64,000 bases of DNA from Actinomycetota bacterium (GTDB lineage Bacteria; Actinomycetota; UBA4738; HRBIN12). Position 1 is the first letter of the stretch. The number at the start of each line of letters is the position of its first letter. The position numbers and the translations under genes are program-made. The stretch covers positions 14,332-78,331 of the forward strand of contig JBQTIP010000020.1 in the NCBI GenBank assembly GCA_052388025.1, in the 5' to 3' direction. Below the pieces are notes generated by a model that searched no databases, was not told the DNA's origin, and saw only the letters and a program-made list of their open reading frames with translations. Positions 49,505-58,729 of this stretch are shown piece by piece.

Positions 49505-50278
49505 CTACCTTCCCTTGAAGTCCGGCTCGCGCTTGTCTAGGAAGGCGCGCATGCCCTCCTTCTGGTCCTCCGTCTCGAACAGCTCGCAGAACAGGTCGCG
49601 CTCCAGCGCCAGTCCCTCGCGCTGGTCGCCTCTCGCCACCGCGTTTACCGCCGCCTTCGCGGCAGCGAGGGCCCTGGTGGGCCCTCGAGCGTAGCGGAGG
49701 GCGTCCTCTAGGGCCCGCTCGTACAGCTCTTCGCCCGCATGCACGCGGTCGACCAGCCCGATCGCCAGGGCCTCCTCAGCGTCCAACCGCCTGCCCGAAT
49801 AGATCAGCTCCTTGGCGCGCGCCGCCCCAACGAGTCGCGGCAGCCGCTGGGTGCCGCCCGCGCCGGGGATGATCCCGAGGGCGATCTCCGGCTGACCGAG
49901 CTTCGCGTCCTCGGCCGCGTACCGGAGGTCGGCCGCGAGCGCCAGCTCGCAGCCCCCTCCCAGGCAGTATCCGTTGATCACAGCGATGGTGACCTTCGGG
50001 ATCTCCTCGATGACCACGAGCGCTTCGCCGAGTGCCGTCACCTCGGGGCGGACTTGCTCCGGGCCGTACCCGGCCATCGACTTGATGTCGGCGCCGGCCG
50101 CGAAGATCTTAGGGCCTCCCCAGATGAGCACCGCCCGCACGTCCTCGCGAGCGCCGGCCTCGAGCGCCGCGTCGCGCAGCTCCCCGGAGACCTCCTCGTT
50201 GATGGCGTTCGCCGGCGGGCGGTCGAGCCGGATCGTGGCTACGTCGTCCTCGACCTCCATCCGGACGAACTCACCCAT
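49505..50278 (-). CDS. Enoyl-CoA hydratase/isomerase (crotonase family)
   Basis: Oxyanion/catalytic region FAAGADIKSM, VINGYCLGGGCELALAAD; 257 aa. Confidence 0.9.
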   Translation of the reverse strand: MGEFVRMEVEDDVATIRLDRPPANAINEEVSGELRDAALEAGAREDVRAVLIWGGPKIFAAGADIKSMAGYGPEQVRPEVTALGEALVVIEEIPKVTIAVINGYCLGGGCELALAADLRYAAEDAKLGQPEIALGIIPGAGGTQRLPRLVGAARAKELIYSGRRLDAEEALAIGLVDRVHAGEELYERALEDALRYARGPTRALAAAKAAVNAVARGDQREGLALERDLFCELFETEDQKEGMRAFLDKREPDFKGR

Positions 50279-50311
50279 CGGGTTCCCTCCTCGGATCGGC
50301 TCGGGCGACGC

Positions 50312-51199
50312 CTATCTTTCCAGACCGGCCTCGAAGGCGCGTTCCATGGTGCGGTCGAGGCCCACCCGGAGCGGGGTGCGCTCGACGCCGAACTCGGCCG
50401 CGGCATCGGCGTCGTCGGCCAAGCTGTCGTTTGCCATCACTTCGACGGCCGTGCCGGAGATCGGCCGGTCCAGGAGGCGGCTCAGCTCGTCGGCGCGGTC
50501 GGGGGGCAGGTGCCGCTTCTCGCGTGGCTCCTCGGCCAGCAGGTCGGCGAACGCGTCGGCGGTGAGCCGCTCGGGTCCCTCCAGGCCCCACGTCCCCGAA
50601 ACCGGCGCGCTCCGGTCGTCCGCCGCCGCAAGCACCCCGGCCACGTCGTCGACGAAGACCGGGGCCACGACCTGCTCGCCGGAGCCCACGACGAGCGCGG
50701 GGTCCCGCGTCGTTCCCTCCACGATGTCGGCGAACCACTCGCCGCCGACCCCGTAGATGTGGGTCGATCGCACGATGGCGTGCTCGAGTCCCGAGGCCGC
50801 AATCTCCCGCTCGGCCATCCCCTTGGCGCGCAGGAACGGGTTCGCTGCGCCGGGATCGGCACCCACGTAGGAGAGGAACAGGAAGCGCCTGACGTTCGCC
50901 CGGCGGGCGGCCGCGAGGGCTCGTTGAACCGAGACCAGGTTCGCTTGCTCGTAGCTTGCCTCGTCGGGGAAGTTCAGGCCGCCCACCAGGTGACACACGG
51001 TGTGCGCGCCCCTCATCACGGTCTCGAGGGTGCCGAGGTCGTCGATGTCCCCCACCGCGACCTTCGCTCCCAGGGCTCGGAGGGGTTCTGCCACCTCTCT
51101 TCGACGGACGAGGCCGCGGACCCCCGGGAATCGCCTCGCGAAGGCCGCGACCGCCGCCCGCCCGACGAGGCCCGACGCTCCCGTAACCACGACCGCCAT
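50312..51199 (-). CDS. NAD(P)H-binding protein (NmrA/atypical SDR-like)
   Basis: N-terminal Rossmann motif VVVTGASGLVGRAAV; 295 aa; no YxxxK at the canonical spacing, so an atypical SDR. Confidence 0.8.
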   Translation of the reverse strand: MAVVVTGASGLVGRAAVAAFARRFPGVRGLVRRREVAEPLRALGAKVAVGDIDDLGTLETVMRGAHTVCHLVGGLNFPDEASYEQANLVSVQRALAAARRANVRRFLFLSYVGADPGAANPFLRAKGMAEREIAASGLEHAIVRSTHIYGVGGEWFADIVEGTTRDPALVVGSGEQVVAPVFVDDVAGVLAAADDRSAPVSGTWGLEGPERLTADAFADLLAEEPREKRHLPPDRADELSRLLDRPISGTAVEVMANDSLADDADAAAEFGVERTPLRVGLDRTMERAFEAGLER

Positions 51200-51257
51200 G
51201 GCCTCGATGCTACTCGCCTCGCCGCCGGCTCATCATCGTGGGCTACCCTCGTCCATC

Positions 51258-51700
51258 ATGGAACCAAGCCTCGGGGACGTCGAGCGCGCGACGAAGGCCC
51301 TTCGGGCCCGCCCGGAATCGTGGCGCCTGGTCCCGGCCCACAGCTCGCTGGCGACGCGCCGGTGGATCGTCGCCCTCCAGGAGGATCGGACGGCCTTCGT
51401 CAAGATCGCCGCCCACGACGATTCGGCGTCGTGGCTCCGGGACGAGCACATGATGTACGCTCGCTTGAAGGCAGACTTCATGCCCAGGCTTCTGGGCTGG
51501 CACGATGACGGCGATAGCCGGGGGACGCGCTCCTCCACTTCGACGTCCGAAGCGACAGCCTCTGCTTCCGGGACGGGCGGGCCCCGTTGATCGACTGGAA
51601 CTGGGCCTGCGTCGGGAACCCGGTCCCGGACGTCGCCGCTTGGCTCTCGAGCCTCCACGCGGAGGACGGCCCGCGCCCGATGAGATCCTGCCGGATGGTC
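51258..51700 (+). pseudogene. Phosphotransferase (APH/CHK kinase-like) family gene fragment, broken by a -1 deletion in a G run; true 3-prime end uncertain
   Basis: N-lobe with the conserved Lys (FVKIAA) and Glu (WLRDEHMMY); frame is lost at the G5 run 51520-51524; the next frame carries the catalytic-loop-like LLHFDVRSDSLCF and the APH signature LIDWNWACVGNPVPDVAAWL; no convincing C-terminal lobe follows. Confidence 0.45.
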
Positions 51701-51832
51701 CCCGGGACTGCCGGCGCCTCACGTTCGGCCGCTTCAGCTGGCGCAGGCAAGGAAGGCACTCCCTTGGGCGGCCACGGCACTGGGGCTTCCCCTTCTCGGC
51801 TGAGCGAGTTGCAGTTGCAAGCCGCTGCTACA

Positions 51833-52285
51833 ATGCGGGCCGTGAAGCAGGTAACCGGGACCGATGAGGGGATCATCAAGGCCCTACGTTCACAGGGCCT
51901 TCGGATGACGCCGCAGCGACGCGCGATCCTCTCGGAGGTGATGCGGACCAAGGGCCACATCTCTCCCACCGCCCTTGCACGGAAGGTCCAGGGCGAAATG
52001 CCCGGCGTGAACGCCTCCACGATCTACCGGACGCTCTCGATGCTGGAGGACGCCGGGGTCCTCGCGCACGCCCACCTGGAGAGCGGACCCGAGTATCACC
52101 GAACGGAGGAGGCTGGGCACGTCCATCTCACGTGCTCCCGTTGCGGCGCGGAGGACGACCTCTCGCTCACGGAGGCGAAGGCGCTTCAGAGGCTGATCGA
52201 GCGCCACCACGGGTTTCTGCCCGACCTCACGCACTTCGCCATCTCCGGGCTCTGCGCCGACTGCCGGCGTAGGAGCGGAAACTAG
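51833..52285 (+). CDS. Fur-family metalloregulator (probable Zur)
   Basis: RMTPQRRAILSEVMRTKGHISPTAL DNA-binding helix; metal sites HAHLESGPEYH / HVHLTCSRCG / CADC; 150 aa; convergent with the znuACB operon. Confidence 0.85.
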   Translation: MRAVKQVTGTDEGIIKALRSQGLRMTPQRRAILSEVMRTKGHISPTALARKVQGEMPGVNASTIYRTLSMLEDAGVLAHAHLESGPEYHRTEEAGHVHLTCSRCGAEDDLSLTEAKALQRLIERHHGFLPDLTHFAISGLCADCRRRSGN

Positions 52286-52298
52286 TCCGGAGTTTAGA

Positions 52299-52321
52299 CA
52301 CTAGTCTGTCTCAGACTAGTG
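52299..52321. terminator. CTAG palindromic hairpin (CACTAGTCTG-tct-CAGACTAGTG), best-preserved copy of the repeat family, preceded by an ACTAGTCC box on the Fur-family stop codon
   Basis: 10-bp perfect stem with a 3-nt loop between convergent genes; the upstream box aACTAGTCCggagttt (52280-52297) contains the TAG stop of the Fur-family gene. Confidence 0.5.
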
Positions 52322-52335
52322 TAATGGGCGCCCTC

Positions 52336-53361
52336 TCAGACCGGAACCGCCCAGACGCCGTGGGGTCCCGCCCCCACTGTGATCTGGTCCACCCGCCGAC
52401 GAGTCCGCTCGTTGTACACGATCAGCCGGCCGTGGTCATGATCGGCCACGACGGCCCACCGTCCGTCCGCCGTAATCGCGACGTGGTGCGGGGCTCCGGG
52501 GAAGCGAAGGGAGGCGACGACTCGCAGCGTGCGGACGCGGACCACGAAGACGCGCGCCGCCCCGTGGTCGGTGATCCAGGCGAACCGCCCGTCCGGCGTG
52601 AACGCCAGATGGTGAGCCTCGACCCCTAGCTCGATCGACCGCAGCAGCTCACCCTTGGGGGTGGAGAAGACGTGGAGCTCCCCCGCCCAGTCGGTGACCC
52701 ACAGGTTCCCGTCGGGGGCGAACAGGAGGTCGTGCGGTCGCTCGCCCGTCGAGACGTAGCGAACGCGGGCCCGCCGGACGAGGTTCACGACCGCGAGGTC
52801 ATCCCGCCCCTCGAGCGAGACCCACGCCCGCCGGCCCGTGGGATCCACGGCCACGTCGTGAGGGTCAGTAACAAGCGGGATCGTGCGGCGCAGCCTCCCG
52901 TCGAAGCGCACCAGCTGGACACGCGCGGAGCCCTGGTTGGCGACGACGACGAGGTTCCCCGCGATCTTGACATCGTGGGGAGCGCCGCCGAGCTCCACGA
53001 ACTCGACATCTCCATTCCGAACGATCGCGATCCGGTCCGAGGCCCAGAGCGCGACGGCCACCGAGCCGTACCGCGCCACCGTGATGTTGTGGGGGCCGCC
53101 GGGCGTCTCGATTCGTTCGATCACCCGCCCGGCAGCCACGTCCACCTCCGCGACCCGCTCCGCGCCCTCCACAGCGACCCACACCAAGGCGGATAGATCG
53201 GGCCCGGCCTCTGGTGCGGAGGACGGGAGCGCGGACGTCCCGGTCGAGTCCAGCCGGACGGGCTGCGATCCATTCGGCTCCGGCGCGGCCATGCCCGTGG
53301 AGGTGGCGGACGCCACGGCCAGGGCCAGGGCGACCGCGGCGAGCAGTCGGCATGGGCTCAC
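52336..53361 (-). CDS. Secreted YVTN-type beta-propeller repeat protein
   Basis: Signal peptide MSPCRLLAAVALALAVASA, then repeated 40-residue blocks (GxxPHxVAV.. / PDG..W.TD); last gene of the znu operon; start is GTG 53361 (or 53379). Confidence 0.65.
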   Translation of the reverse strand: MSPCRLLAAVALALAVASATSTGMAAPEPNGSQPVRLDSTGTSALPSSAPEAGPDLSALVWVAVEGAERVAEVDVAAGRVIERIETPGGPHNITVARYGSVAVALWASDRIAIVRNGDVEFVELGGAPHDVKIAGNLVVVANQGSARVQLVRFDGRLRRTIPLVTDPHDVAVDPTGRRAWVSLEGRDDLAVVNLVRRARVRYVSTGERPHDLLFAPDGNLWVTDWAGELHVFSTPKGELLRSIELGVEAHHLAFTPDGRFAWITDHGAARVFVVRVRTLRVVASLRFPGAPHHVAITADGRWAVVADHDHGRLIVYNERTRRRVDQITVGAGPHGVWAVPV

Positions 53362-53422
53362 ACCGAAGCTGACTTCCACCGGGACGGCCGGGTTCCCGCG
53401 GGTTGTTGGCTCGCCCGCCCGA

Positions 53423-54274
53423 TCAGCCCACGTGGGCGTCGGCCGCGGCCGCCGGCAGTCGCCGGTGGCGTGTCCCCGATATGACGAACGCGACCAGGAA
53501 CACCGCGGCGGCGGCCAGCACCACCGACGCTCCCGAGGACCAATCCAGGTAGTAGGAGAGGTACACGCCGAAGAACCCGCATAACGTGCCGACGACGACG
53601 GAGATCCAGAGCATGCGCTTGAAGCTGTCGGTGAGAAGGCGGGCGATCACCGGCGGGATCACCAGGACCGCCGCGATCATCGTGACCCCCATGATGTTCA
53701 TGGTCGCGGTGATAGTCGCCGCCAGGGTGATGGCCAGCCAGACGTCGGCGGCCGCGGTGCTCACCCCCGAGACCTCGGCGACCTCGGGATCGAAGGTCGA
53801 GAACAGGAGCTGGCGGTAGCGGAAGAATACGACGCCGGCGGCGAAGACCATCACCGCAGCTACGACATACACGTCGCCGATAGTCACGCCCAGGACGTTC
53901 CCGAACAGAGCCGCCTCGAAGTTCCTCGTGAAGCTCCCGATGACCGAGATGATCGCGATCCCGACGGCGAAGCTCGCGGACGTGACCACGCCGATCGCGG
54001 CGTCGGCCCCGATGCTCCGCCGGCGGGCAACCCGGTTGATGAGGAGCGCGGACACGAGCCCCCATGCTCCGGCGCCCAGGTAGAAGTTGATGCTGAGCGC
54101 GTAGCTCGCGACGGCGCCGCCGAAGATCGCGTGCGAGAGGCCGTGGCCGATATAGCTCATGCCTCGCAGCACGACGTATACGCCGACGAGCCCGCAGAGG
54201 GCGCCGCCGAGGACCGACACCACGAGGGCGTGCCGGAAGAACCCGTACTGGAACGGCTCAAGCAGGGTGTCCAT
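53423..54274 (-). CDS. znuB: Metal (Zn/Mn) ABC transporter permease
   Basis: ABC-3 family, 8-9 TM segments, 283 aa. Confidence 0.85.
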   Translation of the reverse strand: MDTLLEPFQYGFFRHALVVSVLGGALCGLVGVYVVLRGMSYIGHGLSHAIFGGAVASYALSINFYLGAGAWGLVSALLINRVARRRSIGADAAIGVVTSASFAVGIAIISVIGSFTRNFEAALFGNVLGVTIGDVYVVAAVMVFAAGVVFFRYRQLLFSTFDPEVAEVSGVSTAAADVWLAITLAATITATMNIMGVTMIAAVLVIPPVIARLLTDSFKRMLWISVVVGTLCGFFGVYLSYYLDWSSGASVVLAAAAVFLVAFVISGTRHRRLPAAAADAHVG

Positions 54275-55061
54275 GGTGTCCCTCCCTCAGGGGCACGACG
54301 GTGGCGCCCGCTTCCTCGACCTCCGGGTAGTGCTCCACGACCACGGGCATGCCGCCGTGGGACAGCACCTCAAGCGGCGCGCCGTAGGTGCGCTCGAGCA
54401 CCTCGGGCGTGATCACGTCGCGGGGCGCGCCCGTTGCGATGACCTCCTTGTTCAGGCAGACGAGCCTCGGCAGGTGCGCGGCGATCCCGTTCAGGTCGTG
54501 CGTCGTCAGCACGATCGCCAGGCCGTCGTGGTGCAGCTCGTGGATGAGGTGCATCACGTCGTGGCGGGTGCGCACGTCGACGCCGCTGGTCGGCTCGTCG
54601 AGCAGAAGGAGCCCGGGCCGGCGGAGCAGCGCCCGCGCGACGAAGACGCGCTGCTGCTGGCCTCCCGACAGCTCGCGGATGTGCCGCCCGGAGAGCTCCG
54701 CCAACCCCAGGCGCTCCAGCATCTCCTCGGCCTCGCGGACGTCCGCCTTCGAGGACCACGGGACCACCCGGCCGTCGATCCTGGCCATCAGGACGGCCTC
54801 GCGGACAGTGACCGGGAAGTACCAGTTCACGGTCTCGACCTGGGGCACGTAGCCGACCGGCGCCGAGCGATCCCGCACGATCTTCCCGGCGATCGGCTCG
54901 ACGGATCCGGCGATCGCCCGAAGCAGCGTCGTCTTCCCGCTGCCGCTCGGGCCGACGATGCCGACGAACTCGCCCTCGCGGATCGACAGGTCGACGTTGA
55001 CCAGGACCGGTTCGCGCCCGTACCGGCACGTGACCTTCTCGAAGCGGACCAGCTCGTTCAA
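54258..55061 (-). CDS. znuC: Metal ABC transporter ATP-binding protein
   Basis: Walker A GPSGSGKTT, signature LSGGQQQRVFVARAL, Walker B LLLDEPTSGVD. Confidence 0.85.
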   Translation of the reverse strand: MNELVRFEKVTCRYGREPVLVNVDLSIREGEFVGIVGPSGSGKTTLLRAIAGSVEPIAGKIVRDRSAPVGYVPQVETVNWYFPVTVREAVLMARIDGRVVPWSSKADVREAEEMLERLGLAELSGRHIRELSGGQQQRVFVARALLRRPGLLLLDEPTSGVDVRTRHDVMHLIHELHHDGLAIVLTTHDLNGIAAHLPRLVCLNKEVIATGAPRDVITPEVLERTYGAPLEVLSHGGMPVVVEHYPEVEEAGATVVPLREGHHGHPA

Positions 55062-56056
55062 TAGCGGTAGTTCGCCGTGTCGCCGGCGACGAGGTTGCTC
55101 GTATCGATGCCGTCGAAGGCCGACGTGTCCCCGCCCAGGGCGCCCATGAAGGTCCGGAAGTCGAACACCATCAGCCCGAAGTAGCTGTGCTCGGGATCGC
55201 CGTTCTCACCGGGCAGGTCGTCGTCGCGAAGGTCGTCGAGATAGGCGGCCCCGGTCTCGGCAGCGATCTGCTCGAGCACGGGGCTCGGGAACACCTCGGA
55301 GCCGAAGATCGCCGGGATGCCCTCGTCCCTGATCTGATCGATCAGGCCCGCGACCTCCTGGGGGGTCGGGTCGGCGAAGTCGGAGGGCTGGATCGCGCCG
55401 ATGATCTCCCAGCCGTATTCGCGGGCGAAGTACGGGAAGGAGTCGTGGTAAGTGAGGAGCTTCCGATTCTCGGGAGGCACGGTCGCCGTCGCCTCGCGGA
55501 CCACGGCATCGAGCTCGTCCAGCCGGGCCGCCAGCCGGTCGTAGTTCTCCCCGTAGTAGCTCGCGTTTTCGGGATCCACCGCCGACAGCTCGTCCCTGAT
55601 GATCTCCGCATAGCGCTTGGCGTGCAGTGGGTTGGTCCATAGGTGCGGGTTCGGGTCCCCGCCGGACTCGGGGAAGCTGAAGTCGTAGATGTACTGCTCC
55701 GGTGTGATCGTCCGGGCGCCGAGCTCGACGATGGGAACGCCGGAGCGCACGTTCGCCTCGGCGAGCTCCCGGGTCGGCTCCTCCAGGTGCAGCCCGTTCA
55801 CGAAGACGATGTCGGCTTCCGCCATCACGGCGGCATCGGACGGCGCGGGTTCGAAGGTGTGGCTGTTGGTCCCCTCCGGTACGATCCCGGTGACCTGCAC
55901 CCTCTCGCCGCCCACGTTCTGGACAAGGTTCGTGATCGGCGAGACGGTCGTGACCACTTGCAGGAGGCCGGACGGGTCACCCCCGCCCGCCCCCTCACTA
56001 GAGCACGCACCAGCTACCAGGGCGGCCAGAGCCGTCGCTGCGATCGCGTTCCGCAC
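55058..56056 (-). CDS. znuA: Metal ABC transporter substrate-binding lipoprotein (ZnuA/TroA family)
   Basis: Lipobox LVAGAC after the signal peptide; cluster-9 SBP fold with His-rich metal site candidates; 332 aa. Confidence 0.85.
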   Translation of the reverse strand: MRNAIAATALAALVAGACSSEGAGGGDPSGLLQVVTTVSPITNLVQNVGGERVQVTGIVPEGTNSHTFEPAPSDAAVMAEADIVFVNGLHLEEPTRELAEANVRSGVPIVELGARTITPEQYIYDFSFPESGGDPNPHLWTNPLHAKRYAEIIRDELSAVDPENASYYGENYDRLAARLDELDAVVREATATVPPENRKLLTYHDSFPYFAREYGWEIIGAIQPSDFADPTPQEVAGLIDQIRDEGIPAIFGSEVFPSPVLEQIAAETGAAYLDDLRDDDLPGENGDPEHSYFGLMVFDFRTFMGALGGDTSAFDGIDTSNLVAGDTANYRY

Positions 56057-56161
56057 AGAGCCTCCCGGCGACGCCAGTCGCCTGAATGAGCAGATACTCT
56101 AATGGCTACCTGCAGTGTAGTGCAAATAGCTGGGCTCGTAGAAAGCGACTCGGGCGACCCG

Positions 56162-57851
56162 TCAGTTGTGGGAGGGCTCCTCGGCTCGGATCCCCATCTC
56201 CTCGGCGGCGATCTCCTCGAGGCGGCGCCCCTGCGTCTCGATTCCGCGCGCGGCAAGCACAGCGGCGGCCACCGAGAGCGGGATCGCCGAGAAGAGCGCC
56301 GGCCCGGTGATCCCTGGCCACAGGCCTAGGATCGCCGCGGCTGCGGGCGGCCCGAGTATCCCGCCCAGCTTGCTGCTGCCGGCGGCGAGGCCGCTTCCCG
56401 TGCCGCGGAGCTCCGTTGGATAGACCTCCGCCGTGTAGGGCGAGAGCATGGAGATCACGCCACCGCTCGTCACCAGCAGCAGCATCACGAGGATCGTGAG
56501 GATGAAGCCACGGCTGGGGTCGGCCGGACGGAGCGTCGCGAAGCCCACCAGTGTGATCGCCGTGGCCACCGCATAGATGATCATGCTCTTCTTGCTGCTC
56601 CACATCCCGTACAGGTAGGAGACCAGGACGGTACCTGGCACGGCCAGGAGCGAGGAGGTGAACAGGAGCCGGCTGGCGCTCTGGAACCTCAAGCCCTGGT
56701 CCTCGAGGATCGTCGGCAGGAACGTAAGGAACCCCCAGTTCACCAGCCCCCAGCCCAGCCCGTACAGACCCACGCAGATCGTCTGTGGGAGGTACGGCTG
56801 GCGGAAGACCCGGCTGAGGCCGGCGAAGTGCGAGTGCCGCACGGCGGCCGGAGCCACCGATTGCTCCGCGTCACCGGGCTCATCCCGCTCGATGGTCACG
56901 CCGTAGCGGGCCATCACATTGCCGGCCTCCTCCACCCTCCCCCGCTCGAGCAGGAACCGCGGCGACTCCGGGATCCATCGGTTCAGGAGCAGCAAAGAGG
57001 GCGCCGGTCGGGAGGTTCATAAACCACAGGATGCGCCAGCTGAAGTGCGGCACGAGCCACGCGGCGATGGCGCTCGCCGCGAGGTAGCCGCCAACCGTGC
57101 CCATGCCCCCGTGCAGCACCACGAGCCAGCCGCGCTTCTTGGCGGGGATGGACTCGGCCATCAGAGCGTAGACGATGGGGAGCATGCCGCCCGCCGCCAG
57201 GCCCATGAAGAAGCACATGAACAGGTTGAACCTGAAGCTCGGCATGAAGCCGCAGATCGCCGTCCCCATGAACATCAACGAGGCGAGCAGGATCGCCGCT
57301 CGTCGCCCCAGTCGATCCGACCAGATGCCCCACAGGAAGGAGCCGATCGTAGTACCGGTCAAGGCGCTGAGGGGCAAGAGCGAGACCGCGGCGGTGGACA
57401 GGCCGTACTCCGCCTTCATCCCCGGCACGGAGAACCCGAGGCTGGCCGGCTTCATCACGTCTACGATCAGCGCGACGCCAAGGACGAACAGGAGACCGTA
57501 GTGCGCGCCGGTGAGGGGCGCGTCGTCCATCGCCTTCAGGCGATAGCCGTGGGCCGTCTTCGCGCCCCCAAGCTGATCCTTTCGCGGGAAGAGGCCGAAG
57601 GCTGCAAGCGTGATCCCCACGACGATCAGTCCAGTCCCGAACTGCATAGGACCGGAGAACGACATCCCTTCCAAGCGGAACTGGACCCCGCTCTGATCGA
57701 TGAAGTCCGGCAGGTGCAGCAGCACGCCGGCCATGATGGCGAATGTCCCGAGCCAGAAGGCCGACGGGTGGTGGAAGGCGATTCCCACATGGGCCCGCTT
57801 CCGGCGATCCCCGTTCGTCGAGGGATTAGCTGCGTCGATGCGGCTCTTCAT
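56162..57851 (-). pseudogene. MFS transporter (sugar-porter-like, PESPRF motif), interrupted by a +1 insertion in a T run
   Basis: The two overlapping track ORFs join as ...RILWFMNLPTGAL|LLLLNRWIPESPRFLLERG...; the frame breaks at the homopolymer at 56994-56996 (TTT on the coding strand). Confidence 0.7.
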
Positions 57852-57923
57852 CAGCTCACGCTCCTTTCCAGGAGCGAGGGCAGGAGTCGCTCGCCGGCTT
57901 GAGGATGTACGGGGGGAAGAGGA

Positions 57924-58667
57924 TCAAGGGAGACCTCCTTCATGGGACCGGACCAGGGTTCGTGCGGACGGCCGCGGTGACCGAACACGGCGGGCGCCGC
58001 GCTTGGTCAGGAACCACAGCTCGGGCTCGATGCAGAAGAGGCGACGGACCTTGTCCACCGCGACCCGGCGCCGCGCGTTCACCGCCCGACGGGTGGTGAA
58101 CGGGTCCGGCCGGCGGGCCACGTGGGCTCCTGGGACCCGGCAGCCCTCGTGCGCGACGAGCACGACTCGGGAGGGCGCGCCTCCGCCCGTACCGACGGCC
58201 ATCGCGGCCAGGATCGGGCCCGCATCGGGACCCGCCAGCGCGGCGCTCCCCCCCGGCCAGAGGAGGATCTCCGCCCCACCAAGCAGCCCCTCCGCGGCCA
58301 GGAGGTCGCGCAGCGGCTCCTGGTAGCGATGGTCGCTGCAGGCGAGGGCGACGGCCTTCAGGGGGGCGTCGGCCGGCCCGATCCGGTGCTCGGACTCAAG
58401 GGCGTGAAGGACATCGGACGCGTTGTGCGCCTCGGTCAGCGGGTGCCGGAGCGGCCGGTCGCCGCGAACCACGTACCGGTTGCGACGGCCCTCGCGCCGC
58501 TTCTCCAGGTACCCGGCTTCGACCAGATCGCTCACGATCGCCTGCGTCTGACGGAGCGTGATGCCCACCTCTTCAGCCACTTCTCTCAGCCTGAGGTCCG
58601 GGCGTCGAGCCACGGCCATCAGGACGAAGCCGTGGTTGTTGAAGAAGGTCCAGGAGCGCCCCGGCAT
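57924..58667 (-). CDS. Transcriptional regulator: N-terminal winged-helix (MarR/ArsR-like) domain fused to a beta-carbonic-anhydrase-like domain
   Basis: wHTH region LREVAEEVGITLRQTQAIVSDLVEAGYLEKRREGRRNRYV; the C-terminal domain carries the beta-CA zinc-ligand pattern CSDHR ... about 65 aa ... HEGC; last gene of the meaB-mcm operon. Confidence 0.5.
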   Translation of the reverse strand: MPGRSWTFFNNHGFVLMAVARRPDLRLREVAEEVGITLRQTQAIVSDLVEAGYLEKRREGRRNRYVVRGDRPLRHPLTEAHNASDVLHALESEHRIGPADAPLKAVALACSDHRYQEPLRDLLAAEGLLGGAEILLWPGGSAALAGPDAGPILAAMAVGTGGGAPSRVVLVAHEGCRVPGAHVARRPDPFTTRRAVNARRRVAVDKVRRLFCIEPELWFLTKRGARRVRSPRPSARTLVRSHEGGLP

Positions 58668-58729
58668 GATCGGGCGAATATAGGAAGTTTCGTTCCTATA
58701 TTCAAGTGCTAGGGGCTGGGGGTTTCCCC

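Noticed and set aside
51587-51832. The TTG-initiated ORF in the track that fuses the kinase tail to the Fur-family regulator (232 aa)
   Set aside because: The Fur-family regulator has its own ATG at 51833 and a typical size of 150 aa. The upstream portion is a frameshifted kinase remnant followed by low-complexity sequence, not an N-terminal extension of the regulator.
51811-51835. Promoter-like TTGCAA ... TACAAT hexamers immediately upstream of the Fur-family start
   Set aside because: The spacing between the hexamers is only 8 bp, incompatible with a sigma-70 -35/-10 pair. TACAAT also overlaps the start codon.
56057-56161. Possible Zur box in the AT-richer znuA upstream region (TGCAGTGTAGTGCA)
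   Set aside because: Only the terminal TGCA tetramers are symmetric and the middle is not palindromic. It does not match known Zur/Fur consensus sequences, so it is not called as a binding site.
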